Below the pieces are notes generated by a model. It did not search any database. It was not told the origin of the DNA and was given only the letters and a program-made list of their open reading frames with translations. Both the position numbers and the translations under genes were made by a program. 64,000 nt of DNA from assembly GCA_023336815.1 (NCBI GenBank), contig JAMBLJ010000105.1, forward strand, positions 4,141 to 68,140. Reading direction: 5' to 3'. This DNA is from Actinomycetes bacterium. GTDB lineage: Bacteria; Actinomycetota; Acidimicrobiia; Spongiisociales; UBA5794. This document shows, in pieces, positions 57,504 to 64,000 of the stretch (its first letter is position 1; each line of letters starts with the position of its first letter).

Positions 57504-58843
57504 ACGAGGAAGTTCTCAGCCCGGAGTTGGGTAAGGAACGCCCCTGGCGTTCCCGTCGAACGGCATCAGTTCGTATCCGTATAGCCTACGCGAGCCGGGA
57601 AGGAGGAGGACCCATCGCGAAAACGATCACACTGATTCGACACGCAGAGACGAATGCCAACAACCAACGACGTTGGCAGGGTTCTCTGGATTCCGGTCTG
57701 TCCGATCTCGGGATCGATCAGGTCCGCAGGCTCGAGCAGAGATTCCGCGATGAACGTCCCGTTCGGACAGTTGCTTCGGATCTTGCGCGAACGATGGAAA
57801 CAGCAGCAGCGATCTCCACCGAAATAGCACCCGACCCTGCCTGGCGCGAGTTCCATGTGGGAGGCTGGGAGGGTCTCACGACAGATGAGATCACGGTACG
57901 TTTCCCTGGTCAACTGGAGGCCTTCTTCGCCGGGGAGGACATCGCTCCTGGCGGCGGGGAACTGATGTCGGATTTCGCTGATCGTGTCATGGGAGCGTTC
58001 GAAGGCCTTGTCGCAACCATGGCTGATGGGGACCACACCCATGTCGTCACACACGGCGGTGTGATCTGGACGCTGCTCTCTCGCCTCCTCGGGCGATCCG
58101 GGCGTCGTGCCCCGTTGTCGATCTCTTTCAACACAGCGGTGACCGTGATCACGATCCCCGATTCCGAACGACCACAGCTCACGGTGTTCAACGATGCGAC
58201 ACATCTCAACGAGTCCGTCGTCCACTTCGGCCCCGAGGGGCACCTCGTGACGTTGTTCCGCCACGGACAGACCGAGGGCAACCTTTTGGGCCGATGGCAG
58301 GGACATACCGACAGCCCCCTCACCGATCTCGGGAAACAACAGGCAACTGCTGTAGCAGCGCATGCACCAGCGATGGGCCAGCTCTACACGTCGCCTCTCG
58401 GCAGAACACGCGAGACGGCAGAACTGCTCGGGCGACCGTTTGGTCTTGACCCTCGCCAGGATGAAGGTTTCAAGGAGATGTCCTTCGGCACGTGGGAGAA
58501 CCTCACCTCCGACGAAGCCAGAGTCGTGGAGCCTGGCCTCTATGAACAGATCTATGAGTTCGGAAACGATCTGCCGCGGGGGGGTGACGGTGAGACGTTC
58601 ACGGATGCGGGGAAACGCATGGCGGATACCGTGAGGTCCGTCGTGGCAGGGGCGGACAGCGACATCGGTGTGGTGTCCCATGGTGCCGTGATCCGCGCGT
58701 ACATCGTGAATATCATGGAGCTCGGTTTCGCCAGGCGAGACACGTTTCCCGTTCCGCGCAACACATCGATGACATCGGTGCTCTACGGCGAATCACACCC
58801 CATCTTGACGTCGTACAACGTCGCACCTCATCTGGAGCCCTAG
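57491..58843 (+). CDS. Tandem histidine phosphatase (two PGAM/His-phosphatase domains)
   Basis: Two RHG-type motifs: LIRHAETNAN ... HVVTHGGVI and LFRHGQTEGN ... GVVSHGAVI. Overlaps the trkH 3' end by 13 nt. Confidence 0.75.
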   Translation: MEEVDEEVLSPELGKERPWRSRRTASVRIRIAYASREGGGPIAKTITLIRHAETNANNQRRWQGSLDSGLSDLGIDQVRRLEQRFRDERPVRTVASDLARTMETAAAISTEIAPDPAWREFHVGGWEGLTTDEITVRFPGQLEAFFAGEDIAPGGGELMSDFADRVMGAFEGLVATMADGDHTHVVTHGGVIWTLLSRLLGRSGRRAPLSISFNTAVTVITIPDSERPQLTVFNDATHLNESVVHFGPEGHLVTLFRHGQTEGNLLGRWQGHTDSPLTDLGKQQATAVAAHAPAMGQLYTSPLGRTRETAELLGRPFGLDPRQDEGFKEMSFGTWENLTSDEARVVEPGLYEQIYEFGNDLPRGGDGETFTDAGKRMADTVRSVVAGADSDIGVVSHGAVIRAYIVNIMELGFARRDTFPVPRNTSMTSVLYGESHPILTSYNVAPHLEP

Positions 58844-58845
58844 GC

Positions 58846-59913
58846 GTGCGACTGCTCGTCATCACGAACGACTATCCGCCGAAACCCGGTGGGATCCAGA
58901 TGTATCTCGGGAATCTGCTCGCCGCATACGACGGTGAATCGATGGTGATCGCTCCACACGACACCGATGTTCCGAGCGAGGAGACCAACGTCGTTCGCGG
59001 GAACCAGCGATACATGCTTCCCGGTAAGGAAACGAAGGCGCTCGTCTCCCATACGATCGATTCGTTCGAACCCGACGCGGTCCTCTTCGGTGCACCCCAC
59101 CCCCTGCCACAACTCGGTCCTTGGATGCGAGAGACGTTTGGGGTGCCGTTCGGCATACTCAATCACGGTGCCGAGGTCACGATCCCCGGATCGATCCCTG
59201 GATCCCGACAGCTACTCGGACGAACTCTTGCCGCAGCGGATGTTCGGTTCGCTGTAAGCAGGTTCACTGCTCGCAAGGTCACAGCTGTCGCGAAGAGACC
59301 AACCAATCTTCTCGGAGCTGGCGTCGATATCGGCACGTTCACACCCGCCGATATCAAGCCAAGGCGCGATGTGCCTGTTGTTGGATGTGTATCGAGGTTC
59401 GTTCCTCGCAAGGGTCAATCCCGTCTTCTTCGAGCGGTAGCGGAACTTGATCGAGACGTTCAAGTAGTTTTCGTCGGGAAGGGTCGTGACGAGACGAAGT
59501 TACGCCGGCTTGCACAGCGGCTGGACGTCAATGTGCGGTTCGAGGTCGGCGTCGAGTGGTCGGCACTCCCTGGCCTCTACAGGTCGATGGACATCTTCTG
59601 TATGCCATGCAGTTCGCGTTGGGGCGGACTCGAGGTCGAAGGGCTTGGGCTTGTGTTTCTCGAGGCGGCGGCAAGCGGGCTTCCGGTTCTTGCTGGTGAT
59701 TCGGGTGGTTCGCCCGAGACGGTGCTCCCTGGCGAGACGGGCTTCGTTGTTTCGAGCGTGTCGGACATCACCGACGGCCTCACGATCCTGCTCGATGACC
59801 CTTCCAAAGCCGAATCGATGGGCCATGCTGGCCGGCAGTTCGTGGAGGCTGAGTTCACCTGGGATCGGGTTGTTGAACGGCTCCATGTGGGATTCGCTCC
59901 ACACATGCGCTAG
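58846..59913 (+). CDS. GT4-family glycosyltransferase (PimA/PimB-like)
   Basis: MRLLVITNDYPPKPGGIQ N-terminus and C-terminal EGLGLVFLEAAASGLPVLAGDSGG (E-x7-E GT4 motif). Confidence 0.8.
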   Translation: MRLLVITNDYPPKPGGIQMYLGNLLAAYDGESMVIAPHDTDVPSEETNVVRGNQRYMLPGKETKALVSHTIDSFEPDAVLFGAPHPLPQLGPWMRETFGVPFGILNHGAEVTIPGSIPGSRQLLGRTLAAADVRFAVSRFTARKVTAVAKRPTNLLGAGVDIGTFTPADIKPRRDVPVVGCVSRFVPRKGQSRLLRAVAELDRDVQVVFVGKGRDETKLRRLAQRLDVNVRFEVGVEWSALPGLYRSMDIFCMPCSSRWGGLEVEGLGLVFLEAAASGLPVLAGDSGGSPETVLPGETGFVVSSVSDITDGLTILLDDPSKAESMGHAGRQFVEAEFTWDRVVERLHVGFAPHMR

Positions 59914-59934
59914 GTTTTTGCATCGTTGCACCTA

Positions 59935-59963
59935 TTGACAAGGTCATGCAACTGCCGTAAATC
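59935..59963 (+). promoter_or_regulatory. Putative sigma-70/HrdB-type promoter of topA (TTGACA-N17-TAAATC)
   Basis: TTGACA at 59935-59940, a 17-nt spacer, TAAATC at 59958-59963, ~30 nt upstream of the topA ATG. An imperfect palindrome tgcatcgttgca lies just upstream. Confidence 0.45.
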
Positions 59964-59992
59964 TATACGCCGTCCCTCGAAATCGGAAGGTC

Positions 59993-62566
59993 ATGACAAA
60001 GAAGCTCGTCATAGTCGAGTCCCCAGCCAAGGCGCGGACCATCAATAGGTACCTTGGTGACGACTTCATCGTGGAATCATCCATCGGACACATCCGCGAC
60101 ATCCCGTCGCGAGCTGCGGACCTCCCGGAGTCACGGCGGGACCTCTGGAAGACCACACGGTTCGGTGTCGATATCGAGGACGATTTCACACCGATCTACG
60201 TCGTCACGGACTCCTCAAAGAAGCAGGTCAGCCTCCTCAAGAGGAAACTCAAGGAAGTCGACGAGCTCTACCTTGCTACGGATGAAGATCGCGAGGGTGA
60301 AGCGATCGCATGGCACCTGATGCAGGAGCTCAAGCCCAAGGTTCCTGTACGACGGATGGTGTTCCACGAGATCACCGAACGTGCGATACGTGAAGCAGCG
60401 GAGCATCCACGAGAGCTCGACGAGCTTCTCGTACAGGCTCAGGAAACTCGCCGCATCCTCGATCGGCTGTTCGGATACGAGGTGTCGCCTGTGCTCTGGC
60501 GCCGGGTACAACGTGGCTTGTCTGCAGGGAGGGTCCAATCTCCCGCAACACGCATCCTCGTGGAGCGTGAGCGTGAGCGTATGGCCCATGTTTCTGCGAC
60601 CTATTCCAGTCTCAAGGCCGTCCTAGAGGCATCCTCGACTGAGTTCAATGCAACGCTGCGGTTCGTTGATGGCGTGCGCGTTGCCGACGGTGGGGATTTT
60701 GATTCGGAGGGCGTGGTTCGTAAGGACAGGCTCCGTCTCGACTCCCAGGCTGCAGTTGATCTGGCGGCAGGTCTGTCAGGTTCCGATTTTCAGGTAGCCG
60801 AGGTTGAGGCGAAGCCGTACACCCGCCGGCCGTATGCACCGTTCCGCACGTCGACACTCCAGCAGGAAGCGGGGAGAAAACTCCGCTTCGGTGCCAGGCG
60901 CACGATGAGCGCCGCCCAGCGTTTGTACGAAGCCGGATTCATCACCTATATGCGTACTGATTCCACTGACCTTTCGGCAACCGCTGTTGCAGCTGCTAGG
61001 TCCCTTGTTTCCGATCGATACGGGTCGAAGTTTCTTCCAGAAAAGCCAAGGGTCTACGGCAAGGCAGCCAAGGGTGCACAGGAAGCTCACGAAGCTATCC
61101 GCCCTGCAGGAGAACGATTCCAGGACATGGACGTTGCTGCGGGTGAGTTCGGACCTACCTCTGACGAGGCGAGGGTGTACGAGTTGATCTGGATGCGAAC
61201 GGTGGCGTCCCAGATGAAGGATGCGAAAGGGGAGTCCCTCGTTGTTCGGATCGATGCGGACACGTTCGATGACAGGACGTGTCGCTTTCAGGCATCGGGC
61301 CGTTCGATCATCTTCCCTGGTTTCCTACGAGCGTACGTCGAGGGGAGCGATGATCCCGAAGCCGCCCTCGATGACCAGGAGACACTGCTTCCGAACATGG
61401 CGGAGGGCGATGGCGTGGTAGCCGTGGAACTCGAGCCGACCGATCACGAGACCAAACCTCCAGCGAGATTCACCGAAGCATCGCTCATCAAACGTCTCGA
61501 GGAACTCGGGATCGGCAGACCTTCGACATACGCATCGATCATCGCGACGATCCTCGACCGCGAGTACGCACGGAAACAAGGAACAGCCTTGATCCCTACG
61601 TGGCGTGCGTTCAGCGTCGTCTCACTGCTCGAGCAATACTTCTCCGACTTTGTCGATTATGACTTCACAGCACGTATGGAACAGGATCTCGATCTGATCG
61701 CAACCGGTGAGCGCGAGAGGGTGCCGTATCTCGAGGACTTCTACCACGGCAACGGTCATCCTGGACTGACACAACTCGTCTCAGAGGACGCGCTCGAGCG
61801 AATCGATCCCAAGGAGGTCAACTCGTTCCCGATCGGTGTGGGCGACGACGACGAACCGATCGTCGCCAGGGCAGGCCAGTATGGGCCATATCTACAACAT
61901 GGGGAGCGTCGGGCCTCGATTCCCCCTGATCTAGCCCCAGATGAGCTCACGATCGAGCGAGCGCTTGAGCTGCTCGATGCTCCGTCGGACGATCGTTCGC
62001 TTGGAACCGATCCGGACACCGGTCTCGACGTGCTCGCTAAGGCCGGTCGCTTCGGTCCATACGTCCAGCTTGGCGAACGCGACCCCGATGCGAAAGACAA
62101 ACCAAGAACCGCATCACTGTTCAAGACCATGTCGCTTGCTGAGATAACGCTTGAGGATGGTCTCAAGTTGCTCACCCTCCCACGGGTTGTCGGCGAGCAC
62201 CCGGAGGATGACGCTCCCATAGAAGCACTGAACGGCAGATACGGACCCTATGTGAAATGGGGTAAGGAGAGCAGAAGTCTTGAGGAAGAAGACCAACTCT
62301 TCACGGTGACCCTCGATGAGGCGCTCGCACTTCTCGCGAAACCCCGTCAACGTCGTGGCGCAAAGCCTCCTCTCAAGGAACTCGGTGCAGATCCTGTGAC
62401 AGGAAAAGAGATCGTGGTTAAGGACGGTAGGTTCGGTCTGTACATGACGGACGGAGAAACGAACGTGTCGTTCCGCAAGACAGAGACGGTCGAGAACGTC
62501 ACCCTGGAGCACGCGTCTGATCGCCTTGCGGAAAAGCGGGCAAAAGGTCCCGCGAAACGCAAGTAG
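59993..62566 (+). CDS. topA: DNA topoisomerase I (type IA), actinobacterial type with C-terminal Topo_C repeats
   Basis: TOPRIM LVIVESPAKA...E; catalytic Tyr region. Four C-terminal repeats GQYGPYLQHGE / GRFGPYVQLGE / GRYGPYVKWGK / GRFGLYMTDGE instead of zinc ribbons. Confidence 0.93.
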   Translation: MTKKLVIVESPAKARTINRYLGDDFIVESSIGHIRDIPSRAADLPESRRDLWKTTRFGVDIEDDFTPIYVVTDSSKKQVSLLKRKLKEVDELYLATDEDREGEAIAWHLMQELKPKVPVRRMVFHEITERAIREAAEHPRELDELLVQAQETRRILDRLFGYEVSPVLWRRVQRGLSAGRVQSPATRILVERERERMAHVSATYSSLKAVLEASSTEFNATLRFVDGVRVADGGDFDSEGVVRKDRLRLDSQAAVDLAAGLSGSDFQVAEVEAKPYTRRPYAPFRTSTLQQEAGRKLRFGARRTMSAAQRLYEAGFITYMRTDSTDLSATAVAAARSLVSDRYGSKFLPEKPRVYGKAAKGAQEAHEAIRPAGERFQDMDVAAGEFGPTSDEARVYELIWMRTVASQMKDAKGESLVVRIDADTFDDRTCRFQASGRSIIFPGFLRAYVEGSDDPEAALDDQETLLPNMAEGDGVVAVELEPTDHETKPPARFTEASLIKRLEELGIGRPSTYASIIATILDREYARKQGTALIPTWRAFSVVSLLEQYFSDFVDYDFTARMEQDLDLIATGERERVPYLEDFYHGNGHPGLTQLVSEDALERIDPKEVNSFPIGVGDDDEPIVARAGQYGPYLQHGERRASIPPDLAPDELTIERALELLDAPSDDRSLGTDPDTGLDVLAKAGRFGPYVQLGERDPDAKDKPRTASLFKTMSLAEITLEDGLKLLTLPRVVGEHPEDDAPIEALNGRYGPYVKWGKESRSLEEEDQLFTVTLDEALALLAKPRQRRGAKPPLKELGADPVTGKEIVVKDGRFGLYMTDGETNVSFRKTETVENVTLEHASDRLAEKRAKGPAKRK

Positions 62567-62606
62567 TGCAGAACGATTCCGTTGAGGACTCACTTCGTGA
62601 GAAACT

Positions 62607-63239
62607 GTGACGATGCAAGACGGCCAAGCTGGATCGCACAACAGGTACATTGCCTTTGAGGGCATCGAGGGAGCAGGCAAGTCCACCGTCGCCGCACGTA
62701 TCGCCGACCATCTCACGGCGGCTGGCGAATCCGTCGTCGTTGTCCGCGAACCGGGTGGAACCGAAGTCGGCGAACACATCAGGGAGATCCTTCTCGGAGG
62801 AGACCATGCACCGGTCGCCATGGCCGAGGCAGCGTTGTTCGCCGCAGCAAGAGCACAACTGATCGCTGAGAAGGTGACTCCTGCACTTGATTCCGGGTCG
62901 TGGGTGTTATCTGACAGGTCGGTCTATTCCTCGCTTGCGTATCAGGCGGCGGGCCGGGGGTTGGACCTGGAGGACATCCGAAAGCTCAACGATGTTGCTC
63001 TTGGCGGTATCTGGCCGCAGGTTGTTGTGCTGCTCCGGCTCGATGCCGGGACCGGTCTCGCCCGCCAGGCTGTCGGGGACAGGATCGGAGACGAACCCCG
63101 GGAATTCCACACAACCGTCGCAGAGGCGTTCGACATGCTGGCGGAGCAAGATCCCGACCGATTCGTCGTTATCGATGCGGCCGCTGATCCATTAGACGTT
63201 GTAGGGCAGGTTCTCGATGCACTGGGTGTGGAGCGATGA
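62607..63239 (+). CDS. tmk: Thymidylate kinase
   Basis: IAFEGIEGAGKST P-loop, DRSVYSSLAYQ and the LID region. Start GTG 62607 or ATG 62613. Confidence 0.88.
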   Translation: MTMQDGQAGSHNRYIAFEGIEGAGKSTVAARIADHLTAAGESVVVVREPGGTEVGEHIREILLGGDHAPVAMAEAALFAAARAQLIAEKVTPALDSGSWVLSDRSVYSSLAYQAAGRGLDLEDIRKLNDVALGGIWPQVVVLLRLDAGTGLARQAVGDRIGDEPREFHTTVAEAFDMLAEQDPDRFVVIDAAADPLDVVGQVLDALGVER

Positions 63240-64000
63240 CCCGATTTGATGACCTCGTCGGACATTCAGCGGTGGTCGACCTTCTCGATGCGGAGCTTGA
63301 TTCGCCAGCGCAAGCGTATCTCTTCGTCGGCCCTTCGAACGTTGGGAAAGCAACCGCTGCACGTCGTTTCGCCGCAGCTCTGATCGGTGGCGACGATGTG
63401 GACGCTGTCCGTCGAGCCAAGAAGGGCTCACATCCTGATCTTGTGCTCGTTGCCCCTGACGGACGTACATCGATCACGGTCGACCAGGCGCGGAGCATCG
63501 TTTCTGCTGCCGTGAGATCGCCATTGGAAGCAGACAGAAAGGTGTTTCTCCTCGAGGAGGCCTCGATGTTGAACGATGAGGCTGCGAACGCACTGCTGAA
63601 GTCGATCGAAGAACCCATCCACTCGACAACGTTCGTTCTGGTTGCCGAGTCGGAGGATGATCTCCCGTCAACGGTCGCGAGCCGTTGTAGAACCATCGTG
63701 TTCGGCCGTGTTCCTGACGAAGAGGTTGCTGCTGGTCTGGTTGCCCAGGGTGTCGATCCCGACCGTGCCAGCCAAGCGGCAAGGATCTCCGGCGGTAGAC
63801 CGGGACTCGCCGTCGCCCTTGCGACTGAACCTGCCGTGGCTGCGTTCAGGGAATCGTGGTTGGCGGTACCTGACCGATTGACGGATCATCCAGGTGACGC
63901 CTATCGACAGGTCGCAGAGGTACTTGCAGCCACCGAACCCCTTCTTGCTGCCGTGAAGAACAGACAGGAGAACGAGATCGAGGTTCAGTTCAGAGACAGC
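63236..64000 (+). CDS. holB: DNA polymerase III delta' subunit (partial, continues beyond window)
   Basis: ATGA-coupled to tmk. AYLFVGPSNVGKATAA (degenerate Walker A of delta'), VFLLEEASML (Walker B-like), SRCR motif. The topA-tmk-holB order matches Streptomyces. Confidence 0.85.
   Translation, partial: MTRFDDLVGHSAVVDLLDAELDSPAQAYLFVGPSNVGKATAARRFAAALIGGDDVDAVRRAKKGSHPDLVLVAPDGRTSITVDQARSIVSAAVRSPLEADRKVFLLEEASMLNDEAANALLKSIEEPIHSTTFVLVAESEDDLPSTVASRCRTIVFGRVPDEEVAAGLVAQGVDPDRASQAARISGGRPGLAVALATEPAVAAFRESWLAVPDRLTDHPGDAYRQVAEVLAATEPLLAAVKNRQENEIEVQFRDS

Noticed and set aside
1-64000. Looked for tRNA, rRNA, transposase or integrase genes that would mark a mobile or accessory island.
   Set aside because: None recognised. 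Intergenic gaps are short (max ~240 nt). Gene content is housekeeping and catabolic, with conserved actinobacterial synteny.

Overview
High-GC (~60%) bacterial chromosomal segment, most likely from an actinobacterium. Evidence: topA-tmk-holB order, a tad/flp locus divergent from a HAD hydrolase as in mycobacteria, an LCP protein, ATGA/GTGA translational coupling and probable leaderless genes. The window is densely coding (~70 genes) with ordinary chromosomal content and no IS elements, integrases, CRISPR, rRNA or tRNA that I could see. Contents in order: (i) an OmpR-type two-component system followed by a repeat-containing secreted protein. (ii) Catabolic genes: glycerate kinase, HMG-CoA lyase, flavin reductase, ALDH, TldD/TldE. 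(iii) A complete System I cytochrome c maturation operon ccmABCDEFHIG next to trxA. (iv) APC permease, pepN and hutHUI. (v) leuCD. (vi) ArsR-MFS. (vii) A full tad/flp pilus locus with a P-loop-less TadZ-like protein. (viii) Two Trk K+ uptake systems, one with split and one with fused TrkA, flanking a DUF3179-CcdA-TlpA operon and a K+-dependent-type membrane pyrophosphatase. (ix) A tandem histidine phosphatase and GT4 glycosyltransferase, then topA, tmk and holB. Observations beyond the gene calls: a dispersed family of intergenic repeats built on CTGTTGTCTG/CAGACA units, at least 6 copies, some forming long inverted repeats. A 47-aa single-TM peptide gene coupled between trkA and trkH that the ORF track missed. 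Unusual AT-rich twin palindromes in a convergent gap. An N-terminal extension on urocanase. Several clusters of uncharacterized membrane or secreted proteins. All functional calls rest on motif recognition by eye; none is confirmed by a database search.
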